The position numbers and the translations under genes were made by a program. From contig DAHXMV010000002.1 of assembly GCA_027371535.1 (NCBI GenBank), forward strand, positions 3,494-67,493: DNA of 64,000 nt, given 5' to 3'. The number at the start of each line of letters is the position of its first letter. Positions within the stretch are counted from its first letter, which is position 1. This DNA is from Candidatus Amesbacteria bacterium. Lineage in GTDB: Bacteria > Patescibacteriota > Microgenomatia > CAZETR01 > Amesbacteraceae. Below, one piece after another: positions 50,768 through 60,568 of this stretch. The notes under the pieces are model-generated. The model was given only the letters and a program-made list of their open reading frames with translations, was not told the origin of the DNA and searched no databases.

Positions 50768-51410
50768 TCCGGTAGCCTACAGGCTGCCTCTCCATCCTTT
50801 TGAAACCTGGAAATCCAGGTGGTTTACGACCAATCCCAAAAGATACCGGGAATATCTGATGGCGGATGCCACTTTGAGAGAAGCCCTGATGAGTAAACTG
50901 GCAAACGCATCAATAGCCAGGGTGGAAATTGAAAGATCCCTGAGAAGTATGAAAATTATTGTGCACGTGACCAGACCGGGTGTGGTAATCGGACGGGGAG
51001 GATCGGGGCTGGAAGATCTGAAAAAGTTCATCTACAAAACCCTAGGTTTCAACAGCCTGAACAAAAATGCCCCCAAAATTGATCTGCAGGTGGAAGAGAT
51101 AAAGACGCCGGATCTGAATGCCTACATTGTGGCGACAAAAATTGTTGACCAGCTGGTGAAAAGATTGCCGGCCAGGAGAGTGGTAAAAAAGGCCATGGAG
51201 AGAACTATCCAGGCAGGGGCTTTGGGAATAAAAATTGTCCTTTCAGGCCGGGTGGGAGGCGCTGAAATTGCCAGAAGAGAACTATATGCATCCGGATCAG
51301 TCCCGCTGCAAACCCTGAGAGCTAAAATAGACTATGCAGAAGTACCAGCTCTGACAAGGTCAGGTTACGTGGGGGTTAAAGTCTGGATTAACAGAGGAGA
51401 AAAGGAGTAA
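50751..51410 (+). CDS. rpsC: 30S ribosomal protein S3
   Basis: MGQKVNP, RPGVVIGRGG, VPLQTLRA.IDY. Confidence 0.98.
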   Translation: MGQKVNPVAYRLPLHPFETWKSRWFTTNPKRYREYLMADATLREALMSKLANASIARVEIERSLRSMKIIVHVTRPGVVIGRGGSGLEDLKKFIYKTLGFNSLNKNAPKIDLQVEEIKTPDLNAYIVATKIVDQLVKRLPARRVVKKAMERTIQAGALGIKIVLSGRVGGAEIARRELYASGSVPLQTLRAKIDYAEVPALTRSGYVGVKVWINRGEKE

Positions 51411-51412
51411 TC

Positions 51413-51817
51413 ATGCTGCAGCCCAAAAAACAAAAATTCAGAAAGCAATTCAGAGGAAAAATGGCCGGGACGTCTATCAGAGGGTCGAATGTAGACTACG
51501 GTGAGTATGGCCTGAAAGCCATGGACCGGGGCTGGCTGTCAGCCAGGCAGATTGAAGCCGCCAGAAAAGCCATTGTCAAATACACCCACCGTGGCGGAAA
51601 AGTGTGGCTAAGGGTTTTCCCCGACAAGCCAACCACCAAAAAAGCCCTGGGAACCAGAATGGGATCGGGTAAGGGGGATATTTTCCAATACGTGTCGGTG
51701 GTCAGGCCGGGCAGAATTTTATTTGAAATTGCCGGTGTACCCGGGGACGTGGCCAGCAAAGCCTTTAAAAATGCAGGAGCTAAAATTCCTTTTAAAACCA
51801 AACTGGTAGCAAAATAA
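51413..51817 (+). CDS. rplP: 50S ribosomal protein L16
   Basis: MLQPK, RQIEAAR, RMGSGKG. Confidence 0.98.
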   Translation: MLQPKKQKFRKQFRGKMAGTSIRGSNVDYGEYGLKAMDRGWLSARQIEAARKAIVKYTHRGGKVWLRVFPDKPTTKKALGTRMGSGKGDIFQYVSVVRPGRILFEIAGVPGDVASKAFKNAGAKIPFKTKLVAK

Positions 51818-51818
51818 A

Positions 51819-52037
51819 ATGACAAAAAAGACTACAAAAAAGGGTGAAGTTAAAGAAGTCATAGCCTTGAAAGACATGACTATCGCAGAACTTTCCAGTA
51901 AGAGTAAACAAACCGCGGCCGAAATTAATAAAAAGCGACTGGATAAAAGCGTAGGCAGGTTAAAAAATACCAGGGAAATTTTCAACCTGAGAAAAGAATT
52001 GGCCAGAATTAAGACATTAATTAGTGTAAAATCCTAA
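51819..52037 (+). CDS. rpmC: 50S ribosomal protein L29
   Basis: LKN..I..LRKELARIKT; gene position. Confidence 0.92.
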   Translation: MTKKTTKKGEVKEVIALKDMTIAELSSKSKQTAAEINKKRLDKSVGRLKNTREIFNLRKELARIKTLISVKS

Positions 52038-52044
52038 AATATTC

Positions 52045-52287
52045 ATGAAAGCCATCCAAGGGACAGTAATTTCGGACAAGATGAAAAACACGGTGGTAGT
52101 CACCGTGGAAAGAATGATTGCCCATCCGGTTTACCACAAACGGATCAGGCGCAGCAAAAAATTCCATGCCCACAATGAGTTGGGGGCAAAAACAGGCGAC
52201 CTGGTAAAACTGGTGCCTTCAAAACCATACAGCAAAACCAAATTCTGGAAAGTTAGTGAAATAGTCAAAAAACATGATACAACTTAG
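52045..52287 (+). CDS. rpsQ: 30S ribosomal protein S17
   Basis: SDKMKNTVVV, HPVY.K, PYSKTK. Confidence 0.97.
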   Translation: MKAIQGTVISDKMKNTVVVTVERMIAHPVYHKRIRRSKKFHAHNELGAKTGDLVKLVPSKPYSKTKFWKVSEIVKKHDTT

Positions 52288-52645
52288 AACCATACTGACA
52301 CCGGCCGATAACTGCGGGGCCAAAAGACTGATGGTAATTCATCTCGACGGAGCGTGGAAAAGGAGCGTGTCTTATGTCGGCGACGTGGTGACCGCGGTCG
52401 TTGACAGAGCCGATACCGACGGGGTGGTTAAAGATTCCGAAGTGGTGAAGGCGGTAATCGTCCGGACCAGAAAAGAGAAAAGGCGTAAAGACGGCAGTTA
52501 CATCAGATTTGATGACAACGCAGCAGTAATTATCGATCCCAAAACCAAAGAGCCCAGAGGAACCCGGGTTTTCGGTCCGGTAGCCCGTGAAGTCAAAGAC
52601 AACGGATTTAATAAAATAGCCTCACTGGCTACCGAGGTAATTTAA
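52274..52645 (+). CDS. rplN: 50S ribosomal protein L14
   Basis: ADNCGAK, DGSYIRFDDNAAV, GTRVFGPVARE. Confidence 0.98.
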   Translation: MIQLRTILTPADNCGAKRLMVIHLDGAWKRSVSYVGDVVTAVVDRADTDGVVKDSEVVKAVIVRTRKEKRRKDGSYIRFDDNAAVIIDPKTKEPRGTRVFGPVAREVKDNGFNKIASLATEVI

Positions 52646-52649
52646 ATAT

Positions 52650-52958
52650 ATGAAGATAAAAAAAGGCGATTTAGTACAAATTCTGGCTGGTAAAGACCGG
52701 GGTAGACAGGGTAAGGTGGAAAGAGTGGTTTTAAAGACACAGGAAGTAGTGATTGCCGGCCTGAACCAATATAAAAAACACAAAAAACCTCAGGGGGAAA
52801 ACAAACCGGGAGAAATTGTAGTTATCGACAGACCATATACTGTGGCAAAAGTGGCTCTGGTCTGCCCAAAATGCAAACAGCAGACAAGAATCGGTTATAA
52901 ATGGTCTGAGGATAAAAAAATCAGGGTCTGCAGAAAATGCGATGCTGTAATCGACTAA
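52650..52958 (+). CDS. rplX: 50S ribosomal protein L24
   Basis: KKGD.V..LAGKDRG, CPKC..TR. Confidence 0.97.
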   Translation: MKIKKGDLVQILAGKDRGRQGKVERVVLKTQEVVIAGLNQYKKHKKPQGENKPGEIVVIDRPYTVAKVALVCPKCKQQTRIGYKWSEDKKIRVCRKCDAVID

Positions 52959-52959
52959 T

Positions 52960-53520
52960 ATGGAACCCGTAAAACTTTACCAAGAAAAAATCGTTCCCAC
53001 CCTGATGGCGGAATTTGATATTAAAAACAGATTGGCCGTACCCAAACTGGTTAAAATAGTAATCAATATCGGCCTTAAGGAGGCGGCTCATGATAAAGGG
53101 GTGATGGAGAAGGCCATTGAGCAATTGACGGCAATTTCCGGCCAAAAGCCCAAAGTGACAGCAGCAAAATTGTCCATTGCCGGTTTTAAAGTCCGCGAGG
53201 GCGACCCGGTCGGGCTGACGGTAAATTTAAGAGGAAAAATGATGTATGACTTTTTAACAAAACTGTTTGCCATCGCCCTCCCCAGAGTGAGGGATTTTCA
53301 GGGGGTACCGGCAACAGCTTTTGACCAAAACGGCAACTATACCCTGGGGATTACCGAACAAACCGTATTTCCGGAAATCGATTATGCCAAAATCGACAGA
53401 CTCAGAGGCCTGGAGATGTCATTTATATTTAAACCCAAAACAGATGCTAAAATTGCAAAGCGGCTGTTAACACTGTTTGGGATGCCATTCGAAAAATCAC
53501 AAAACATAAATAACAAATAA
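52960..53520 (+). CDS. rplE: 50S ribosomal protein L5
   Basis: [26 protein letters not shown]. Confidence 0.98.
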   Translation: MEPVKLYQEKIVPTLMAEFDIKNRLAVPKLVKIVINIGLKEAAHDKGVMEKAIEQLTAISGQKPKVTAAKLSIAGFKVREGDPVGLTVNLRGKMMYDFLTKLFAIALPRVRDFQGVPATAFDQNGNYTLGITEQTVFPEIDYAKIDRLRGLEMSFIFKPKTDAKIAKRLLTLFGMPFEKSQNINNK

Positions 53521-53527
53521 TAAATTT

Positions 53528-53719
53528 ATGGCAAAAACATCAAAAATCGTTAAACAAACCAAAGGTTACCTGAAATATCCGGGGACCCAGTTGAGGCACA
53601 GGTGTAACCGATGCGGCAGGTCCAGGGGATATATCAGAATGTTCGGATTATGCCGCTTATGTTTCCGGGAATTAGCTAACAAGGGGGAACTCCCCGGAGT
53701 CAGAAAGGCATCATGGTAA
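53528..53719 (+). CDS. rpsN: 30S ribosomal protein S14, Zn-binding type
   Basis: [26 protein letters not shown]. Confidence 0.97.
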   Translation: MAKTSKIVKQTKGYLKYPGTQLRHRCNRCGRSRGYIRMFGLCRLCFRELANKGELPGVRKASW

Positions 53720-54093
53720 GCGACAGACTATCAGATTTCGTGACCAGAGTCAGAAACGGCTACCGGGCGGGGCTGGAAACCATTGAAGTTCCGCTGACGA
53801 AAACGGTGGAAAAAATATCCCAGGTATTGGCTGAAGAAGGATACCTGAACGGAGTTAAAAAAGAAGGAAACAAGCTGGTGCTGACCTTAAAATACAACGG
53901 CCGGGAACCGGGAATTACCGGGATTAAAAGAGTCAGCAAACCCGGGGCCAGAATCTATTCCGGAGTGAAAAATTTCCCCAAAGTACTGGGAGGCTTAGGG
54001 CTAAATATTCTGACTACACCTAAGGGTATTTTATCCGAAATAAAAGCTAAAAAGTTAAATACGGGCGGCGAAATCATCGCCCAAGTCTGGTAG
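53713..54093 (+). CDS. rpsH: 30S ribosomal protein S8
   Basis: D..SD..TR.RN, RVSKPG.RIY, GGEI. Confidence 0.97.
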   Translation: MVSDRLSDFVTRVRNGYRAGLETIEVPLTKTVEKISQVLAEEGYLNGVKKEGNKLVLTLKYNGREPGITGIKRVSKPGARIYSGVKNFPKVLGGLGLNILTTPKGILSEIKAKKLNTGGEIIAQVW

Positions 54094-54109
54094 TCCGACT
54101 ACCGAATAT

Positions 54110-54646
54110 ATGTCAAGAATAGGAAGACAAATCATTAAATTACCAACCGGTGTCACCGTAGGGGTGGCAAACGGAGTAGTGGAAATCAAGGGGCCGAAAG
54201 GAGTATTGTCATGGGCTTTAAATGAAAAAGCGGAAGTGGTCATAAACGAACAGGAGTTAAGGGTAAAAATGACCGAAGAAAATGCGGATAATATTCACGG
54301 GATGACCAGGTCAATTATTGCCAATATGGTAAAGGGGGTAACGGACGGCTGGTCGAAAGTCCTGGAACTGAACGGGACAGGTTACAGGGCGTCTACCGGC
54401 GGTCCAGATCTGGCACTGGCTCTGGGTTTTTCCCATCCGGTAAATATCAAGGCTCCCGAAGGAATCAGTTTTGAAGTCAAGGAAAATAAAATTACGGTAA
54501 AGGGAACCGACAAGAGGCTGGTAGGAGAGACTGCTGCTAAAATCAGGGCACTGAAGCCTGCCGACCCATATAAACTCAAGGGGTTTAAGTATGAAGATGA
54601 AATAATTATAAAGAAAGCCGGCAAAGCCGTTAAGGCAGCAGCCTGA
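54110..54646 (+). CDS. rplF: 50S ribosomal protein L6
   Basis: MSRIGR, GTGYRA, LGFSHP, PYKLKG. Confidence 0.98.
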   Translation: MSRIGRQIIKLPTGVTVGVANGVVEIKGPKGVLSWALNEKAEVVINEQELRVKMTEENADNIHGMTRSIIANMVKGVTDGWSKVLELNGTGYRASTGGPDLALALGFSHPVNIKAPEGISFEVKENKITVKGTDKRLVGETAAKIRALKPADPYKLKGFKYEDEIIIKKAGKAVKAAA

Positions 54647-54664
54647 TAAGATGATAGTCTATCC

Positions 54665-54985
54665 ATGATAAAAAGATATTTACATACCAGCCATAAAAGA
54701 GAAGCCAGTGTCAGAGCAAAAATTGCCCGGGCCGGAGCAGACCACAAACTGGTGGTTCATAAGAGCAACAAATATATCTATGCCCAGCTGGTGGATCTGG
54801 TTTCGGGAAAAACAATTGCCGGGGTGAGAGGTAAAAACCCCGCCGAAGCGGGAAAAGGAATCGCAGAAAAAGCCAAAAAAGCAAAATTTGCCGGAAAACT
54901 GGTATTCGACCGGGGAGCTAATAAATTTCACGGGCAGGTCAAAACACTAGCTACAGCAGCCAGAGAGGGAGGACTGAAATTTTAA
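54665..54985 (+). CDS. rplR: 50S ribosomal protein L18 (short)
   Basis: [26 protein letters not shown]. Confidence 0.95.
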   Translation: MIKRYLHTSHKREASVRAKIARAGADHKLVVHKSNKYIYAQLVDLVSGKTIAGVRGKNPAEAGKGIAEKAKKAKFAGKLVFDRGANKFHGQVKTLATAAREGGLKF

Positions 54986-54987
54986 AT

Positions 54988-55455
54988 ATGGCAAATCCAG
55001 AACAACCAGAAAAAGAGTTTGAAGAAAAGGTAGTCCAGGTGAACCGGGTGAGTAAAAAAACCAAGGGCGGTAATAAGATCGGTTTTTCAGCACTGATGGT
55101 GGTAGGCGACAAAAAAGGCCGGGTGGGAATCGGTCTCGGTAAGGCTGCAGATGTGTCTTCGGCGATCAGAAAAGGCAGTACCTATGCCCAGAAAAGACTG
55201 ATCAGAGTGCCGATGAAAGGCACTACCATCCCGCATGAAATACGGATTAAACTGGGAGCGGCCAAGTTGCTACTTAAACCTGCTCCCCCAGGCAGCGGAG
55301 TAATTGCCGGCGGCCCGGTGAGAGCTGTCGTAGAAGCAGCCGGGATCAGGGATGTAGTGGCCAAAATTTTAGGTACGGCCAATAAAGCCAGTAATGTATA
55401 TGTGACATTTGAAGCTCTGAAGAGATTAAAAAATGTCACTCTAAAAGTGCACTAA
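54988..55455 (+). CDS. rpsE: 30S ribosomal protein S5
   Basis: [21 protein letters not shown]. Confidence 0.98.
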   Translation: MANPEQPEKEFEEKVVQVNRVSKKTKGGNKIGFSALMVVGDKKGRVGIGLGKAADVSSAIRKGSTYAQKRLIRVPMKGTTIPHEIRIKLGAAKLLLKPAPPGSGVIAGGPVRAVVEAAGIRDVVAKILGTANKASNVYVTFEALKRLKNVTLKVH

Positions 55456-55456
55456 T

Positions 55457-55900
55457 ATGGAACTCTCAAAATTACCAAAACTAGTTGACCGACCGGCAAA
55501 AAGAGTCGGACGGGGTATGGGATCCGGCAAGGGCAGTCATACTACCGGCCGGGGACAAAAGGGACAAAAATCCAGAACCAGCATTCCGGTAATTTTTGAG
55601 GGAACCAAGACGAAAAAATCGTTTATCAAAAGACTGCCGCTTTTGCGCGGCCGGGGAAAGTTAAAACCCTGGGGTAATAAGCCTGTAGTTATCAGTCTGG
55701 AGCAGTTGACTGACTGGCCAAAAAGCACACCGGTGACGGGTGAAGAGCTGGCTAAAAGAGGAATGATCAAAAAGTATCACGGTGAAATGGTAAAAATCCT
55801 GGGGGACGGGGAAATCCAACAGGCTCTGACTGTTAAGGTAAAGGCATCAAAAAGTGCGGCCGAGAAAATTGTCAAAGCCGGGGGTAAAATTGAAGCTTAG
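55457..55900 (+). CDS. rplO: 50S ribosomal protein L15
   Basis: RVGRGMGSGKG, GRGQKGQKSR, KILGDG. Confidence 0.97.
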   Translation: MELSKLPKLVDRPAKRVGRGMGSGKGSHTTGRGQKGQKSRTSIPVIFEGTKTKKSFIKRLPLLRGRGKLKPWGNKPVVISLEQLTDWPKSTPVTGEELAKRGMIKKYHGEMVKILGDGEIQQALTVKVKASKSAAEKIVKAGGKIEA

Positions 55901-55906
55901 AGGGGT

Positions 55907-57196
55907 ATGAAGAAGATTGCCAATATATTCAGGCAGATTTGGACAGCCAAAGACCTGCGGAAAAAGGTGTTATTTACTGCCGGGATGTTGTTTTTATACA
56001 GATTTTTAGGCCATATTCCGGCAGCCGGGGTAGACAGAAACGCTCTGAAAATGCTATTTAACTCCAGCCAATTGCTGGGGCTGTTGGACGTTTTTTCCGG
56101 CGGTACGCTGGCAAATTTTTCCCTGGTAGCCCTCGGTTTAGGACCATATATCAATGCCTCAATCATTATGCAGCTACTAACGGTGATCTTCCCGAAGCTG
56201 GAAGAGTTGCAGAAAGAGGGAGAATACGGAAGGGAAATCGTCAATCAGTATACCCGGCTGTTAACCGTGCCAATTGCGATTTTGCAGGCTTTCGGGATGT
56301 ATTTTTTACTGAAAAGCCAGGGAGTAATCGGGCTTTTAAGCCCGCTGCAACTGATTGCGCTTTTGGCTACCATGACTGCCGGGACCATTATTACGGTGTG
56401 GCTCGGGGAACTGGTAACGGAATACGGGGTGGGCAACGGCATATCGCTATTAATTTTTGCAGGAATTGTGGGCCGGTTACCGGTGACTTTCGGCCAGACT
56501 GCAGCCACAATAGAAACAATAGATCCGATGAATATACTGGTATTTACGGTAATAGGATTATTGGTCGTTGCCGGAGTAGTATTCATGAATGAGGCTTCGA
56601 GAAATATTGTGGTGCAGTATGCCAAAAGGCTGAGAGCAGGAAGAATTTACGGCGGGGAGTCAACCCACTTACCGCTCCGGGTGAACCAGGCGGGGGTAAT
56701 ACCGATTATATTTGCCGTATCACTAGTGCTTTTGCCTTCGATGGTGGGTAAATTCGTGGAGCAAATTCCCAACAAAGCTCTGGCTGATGCAGCAACTGCG
56801 GTCGTCAGTTTCATGACCCCCGGAGGCTGGCCTTACAACTTAATCTACTTTGTCCTGGTGGTTGGTTTTACCTACTTTTATACAGCCATTGTGTTTAATC
56901 CCGAAAAAATAGCCGATGATCTGAAAAAATACGGCGGTTTCATACCCGGAGTGAGACCGGGAGAAGCGACTGCAAATTATCTGTCGGGGGTGCTTAACCG
57001 GATTACCCTGGCGGGGGCGCTGTTTTTAGGGGCGATTGCCATACTGCCGGCTATCGGGCAAAGCGTATTTAAAATTCCTTCGCTGTCTATCGGCGGAACA
57101 GGATTATTAATTGTGGTGTCGGTAGTACTGGAAACTACCAAATCCCTGCAGTCTCAATTATTGGTCAGAAACTATGAAGGATTTTTGAAAATATGA
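55907..57196 (+). CDS. secY: Preprotein translocase SecY
   Basis: [42 protein letters not shown]. Confidence 0.99.
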   Translation: MKKIANIFRQIWTAKDLRKKVLFTAGMLFLYRFLGHIPAAGVDRNALKMLFNSSQLLGLLDVFSGGTLANFSLVALGLGPYINASIIMQLLTVIFPKLEELQKEGEYGREIVNQYTRLLTVPIAILQAFGMYFLLKSQGVIGLLSPLQLIALLATMTAGTIITVWLGELVTEYGVGNGISLLIFAGIVGRLPVTFGQTAATIETIDPMNILVFTVIGLLVVAGVVFMNEASRNIVVQYAKRLRAGRIYGGESTHLPLRVNQAGVIPIIFAVSLVLLPSMVGKFVEQIPNKALADAATAVVSFMTPGGWPYNLIYFVLVVGFTYFYTAIVFNPEKIADDLKKYGGFIPGVRPGEATANYLSGVLNRITLAGALFLGAIAILPAIGQSVFKIPSLSIGGTGLLIVVSVVLETTKSLQSQLLVRNYEGFLKI

Positions 57197-57831
57197 ACCT
57201 GGTAATTATCGGCCCCCAAGGTTCAGGCAAAGGGACACAGGCGGAATTTTTAGTAAACGAGCTGGGTTTGAGGCACATTGAAACCGGGGAAATATTAAGA
57301 AAAATAGCCGAAACCAATACTGTGACGGGCAGGCTGGTCAGGGAAACCATGGACCGGGGCGAACTGGTTTCTGATGAGGTATTGATGGAGATCTTGAAAG
57401 ACCAGCTGGACCACACCGGTGTCAAAGGATTTTTATTTGACGGGACGCCGAGAAATTTGGTCCAATACAAATTGATTAACGATATTTTGGCTTTACACGG
57501 CCAAAAAATTGACAAAGTGATCCTGTTAAATTTACCCGAGGAGGAAACCATAAAAAGACTGTCATCCCGGCGTACCTGCGAGCAGTGCGGAAGAGTTTAC
57601 AATTTAATTACCAACCCCTCCCCCAACGGAGAAAGCTGTGAGTGCGGGGGGGAACTGATCCAAAGGGAAGATGACGTACCCGAAGCCATCAAACGCAGGT
57701 TGTTGGCATTCTGGAGGTCAACAGAACAAGTAATCGAGGCTTTCAAGCAGGAAAATATACTGGTGGAAGTAGACGGCAACCAACCCATTGAAACCATTCA
57801 CCAGGAAATTAGACAGAAACTAGAGATCTAA
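57193..57831 (+). CDS. adk: Adenylate kinase with Zn-binding LID
   Basis: [29 protein letters not shown]. Confidence 0.96.
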   Translation: MNLVIIGPQGSGKGTQAEFLVNELGLRHIETGEILRKIAETNTVTGRLVRETMDRGELVSDEVLMEILKDQLDHTGVKGFLFDGTPRNLVQYKLINDILALHGQKIDKVILLNLPEEETIKRLSSRRTCEQCGRVYNLITNPSPNGESCECGGELIQREDDVPEAIKRRLLAFWRSTEQVIEAFKQENILVEVDGNQPIETIHQEIRQKLEI

Positions 57832-57833
57832 TT

Positions 57834-58625
57834 ATGGATAAACTGACGATAAAAACGGACGAAGAGATTAAAATCATGACCGAGGGAGGGTGTTTTTTAG
57901 GAGAAATCAGAAATAGGCTGGCAGACGCGGTAGAGCCGGGGATGAAAACCATGATGCTTGAAAAATTGGCCTGTGAAATGATTGATAAAACCGGGGGCAA
58001 GGCGTCATTTAAACTGGTACCGGGATATCATCATGCCACCTGTATTAATATCAACGAGGTGGTGGTGCACGGCATACCGGGGGATCGGGTAATTAACGAT
58101 GGAGACAAGGTGGGAATAGACGTGGGACTTTTTTACAAAGGATTTCACACTGATACTTCGGTCACCGTCATGGCAAACCACAATCCACAAAACATAAACC
58201 ACAAATTGCAGAGATTTCTGGACGTGGGTAAAGAAGGGCTATACAAAGCCATTAAAATGGCTAAACCCGGCAAAAGGGTGGCAGATATTTCCAAGGCCAT
58301 GCAGGAGACCGTCGAAGCAGCGGGGTATTCGGCTGTTACCGCCCTGACCGGACACGGGATCGGCCGAAATCTGCACGAAGAACCGCCCATCCCCTGTTTT
58401 GAGGTGGGTAAATACGAAAACTCACCGATACTAGTCGAAAACATGGTGATAGCAATCGAAATTATGTACAACGAGGGAACAGCCGATGTGGTATATGAAA
58501 ATGACGATGGTTGGACAATAGCCACGGCTGATGGTAAAATATCTGGGCTGTTTGAGCATACTGTGGCGGTGGCTAGGTCCGGCCCGGTGATTCTTACAGG
58601 ACATTTTAAAGACCAGAATGAGTGA
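57834..58625 (+). CDS. map: Methionine aminopeptidase type I
   Basis: NEVVVHGIP, IDVG, GHGIG..LHEEP, FEHTV. Confidence 0.97.
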   Translation: MDKLTIKTDEEIKIMTEGGCFLGEIRNRLADAVEPGMKTMMLEKLACEMIDKTGGKASFKLVPGYHHATCININEVVVHGIPGDRVINDGDKVGIDVGLFYKGFHTDTSVTVMANHNPQNINHKLQRFLDVGKEGLYKAIKMAKPGKRVADISKAMQETVEAAGYSAVTALTGHGIGRNLHEEPPIPCFEVGKYENSPILVENMVIAIEIMYNEGTADVVYENDDGWTIATADGKISGLFEHTVAVARSGPVILTGHFKDQNE

Positions 58626-58857
58626 CCAAAAGAATATTGTAGCCGAAGGTGTCGTTGCCGAAAATCTGCCGAATACCATGTTTCGGGTAAAAATCGGCAC
58701 GGCCAGCGACCAAAATCTGGCAGATAAAATTGTCCTGTGTACAATTGCAGGCCGAATGCGGATGAATTATGTCCGCCTGCTGCCCGGGGACAAGGTCAGA
58801 TGCGAAATCAGCCCCCTGGATACCACCCGGGGCAGAATTATTTTTAAATTAAAATAA
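58618..58857 (+). CDS. infA: Translation initiation factor IF-1
   Basis: LPNTMFRV, GRMR..Y.R.LPGD.V, RGRI. Confidence 0.96.
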   Translation: MSDQKNIVAEGVVAENLPNTMFRVKIGTASDQNLADKIVLCTIAGRMRMNYVRLLPGDKVRCEISPLDTTRGRIIFKLK

Positions 58858-58951
58858 TGAAAGTGGCCAAAATTTAACAATTTTGGCAACTTTGTCGCTA
58901 TACAGCGAAATATATTAATTTTTTTCAATTTTTTCAAAAATTAATGAAAGT
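58855..58951. repeat. Palindromic 87-bp insertion bounded by the 10-bp direct repeat TAATGAAAGT
   Basis: Direct repeats at 58855 and 58942; internal AAAGT(G)GCCAAAATT-TAAC-AATTTTGGC(A)ACTTT and TCGCT-ATAC-AGCGA. Confidence 0.7.
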
Positions 58952-59057
58952 TCAGGCGTCTATTAAAACCCGTTGCAGAAACTGCAAAATCATCAAACGA
59001 AAAGGGGTATTATTTGTAATTTGTAGCAACGCCCGGCACAAACAACGCCAGGGATAA
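58944..59057 (+). CDS. rpmJ: 50S ribosomal protein L36, Zn type (not in the ORF track)
   Basis: Hand translation [37 protein letters not shown]. Confidence 0.97.
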   Translation: MKVQASIKTRCRNCKIIKRKGVLFVICSNARHKQRQG

Positions 59058-59059
59058 GT

Positions 59060-59473
59060 ATGCCCAGAATTGCAGGAATCGACATTCCGGAAAAAAAGCG
59101 TATAGATATTGCGCTAACTTATATATACGGTATCGGCCGGACGAACGTAAAAGATGTGCTGGTCAAAACCGGAGTGAACCCGGCCAAAAGAACCGCCGAG
59201 CTGACCGCCGAAGAGGTGTCCAAACTGCAAAAAACCATCGAATCGATGAAGGTGGAGGGAGACTTGAGAAAACAGGTCAATCAAAACATTACCAGGCTGA
59301 AAGAGATCGGAGCCTACCGGGGATCCAGGCATAGCAAAGGACTGCCGGCCCGGGGGCAAAGGACCAGAACAAATGCCAGAACCAAGAGGGGTAAGAGAGT
59401 CACGATCGGGGCTTTGAAGAAAGAGGTCTTGGCCAAGGTAGAAACAGCCAAAAAAGAGGAGGAAAAGAAATGA
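59060..59473 (+). CDS. rpsM: 30S ribosomal protein S13
   Basis: [32 protein letters not shown]. Confidence 0.98.
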   Translation: MPRIAGIDIPEKKRIDIALTYIYGIGRTNVKDVLVKTGVNPAKRTAELTAEEVSKLQKTIESMKVEGDLRKQVNQNITRLKEIGAYRGSRHSKGLPARGQRTRTNARTKRGKRVTIGALKKEVLAKVETAKKEEEKK

Positions 59474-59811
59474 ACGGAAAAGTCTATATAACGGCATCTT
59501 TCAATAATACGCTGGTAACAGTTACTGACGCTGCCGGTAATGTGGTGGCCTGGGGTTCCGCCGGAGCTTCCGGATTTAAAGGCGCCAGAAAAGCCACTCC
59601 GTTTGCCGCTACCACCGCCGTTGAAGCCACGGCCAGAAAAGCCGAGGCCGCAGGCATTAAAGAAGTGGAAGTGTATCTAAAAGGACCGGGGGCCGGACGG
59701 GATGCCGCACTGAGGGCACTGAAAGCGGCGGGGATGAAAATGTCACTGATTGCCGACGTCACCCCCATGGCGCATAACGGAGCCAGGCCGAAGAAAAGAA
59801 GAAGAGTATAA
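59470..59811 (+). CDS. rpsK: 30S ribosomal protein S11, lacking the N-terminal tail
   Basis: ASFNNT.VT.TD, KATPFAA, DVTP..HNG.RP..RRRV. Confidence 0.98.
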   Translation: MNGKVYITASFNNTLVTVTDAAGNVVAWGSAGASGFKGARKATPFAATTAVEATARKAEAAGIKEVEVYLKGPGAGRDAALRALKAAGMKMSLIADVTPMAHNGARPKKRRRV

Positions 59812-59817
59812 ATCCAT

Positions 59818-60554
59818 ATGCTGGCGGCAGCGGAATTAAGAAAAATATCTGCAGCTGAAGACAGTTTTCCTTTTAATCTGCCCCTGGTCAGGAATTTCCA
59901 AAGAATGGCATTTGAAAATCCGGTCACATTTTTTGTGGGTGAAAACGGGTCCGGTAAATCAACCATTTTAGAAGCCATAGCGATAGCCGCCGGTTTACCG
60001 ACACTGGGGAGTACCGATTCGGCGATTGATGATACGATGAGCCAGGTAAGAAATCTGGCTGATAAACTGACATTAAGCTGGAAAATTAGAACCCATAGAG
60101 GGTTCTTTTTACGGGCAGAAGATTTTTTTGGTTTTGTAAAAAGAGTGGCCCAACTGAAATCGGAGCGGAAAGATCAAAAAAAAGATGCAGAAGCAAGATT
60201 TACCGGTTACGGAAGAAGGCTGGCTGCAGGTTCGGCCCAAGGACAATTGTATCTTTTGGAAAAACGTTTTTGTCCCGGATAGTGCCTGATGGATTGTACA
60301 TGCTGGATGAGCCGGAAGCCGCTCTGTCCCCAAAAAGACAAATGTCGCTGATCTCTTTAATCAAGGAGATGGCCAATAAGAACTGCCAGTTTATAATTGC
60401 CACCCACTCCCCGATTTTAATGGCTATACCACAGGCGATGATATATTCATTCGACGGCATACCGATTAAAAAAATCGCGTACAAAGATGTAGAACACGTG
60501 AGCCTGACAAAAAGCTTTTTAGACAACCCGGATGCCTATTTACGCCATCTTTAG
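59818..60554 (+). pseudogene. ABC-type ATPase (COG3910-like) split by a frameshifting deletion
   Basis: Walker A GENGSGKST and GFFLRAE in the first frame; Walker [11 protein letters not shown] and IIATHSP in the second; signature segment missing at about 60268. Confidence 0.8.
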
Positions 60555-60568
60555 GGTATAATTTGTAT

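Noticed and set aside
60255-60285. Programmed ribosomal frameshift in the ABC ATPase
   Set aside because: A shift would not restore the missing signature segment
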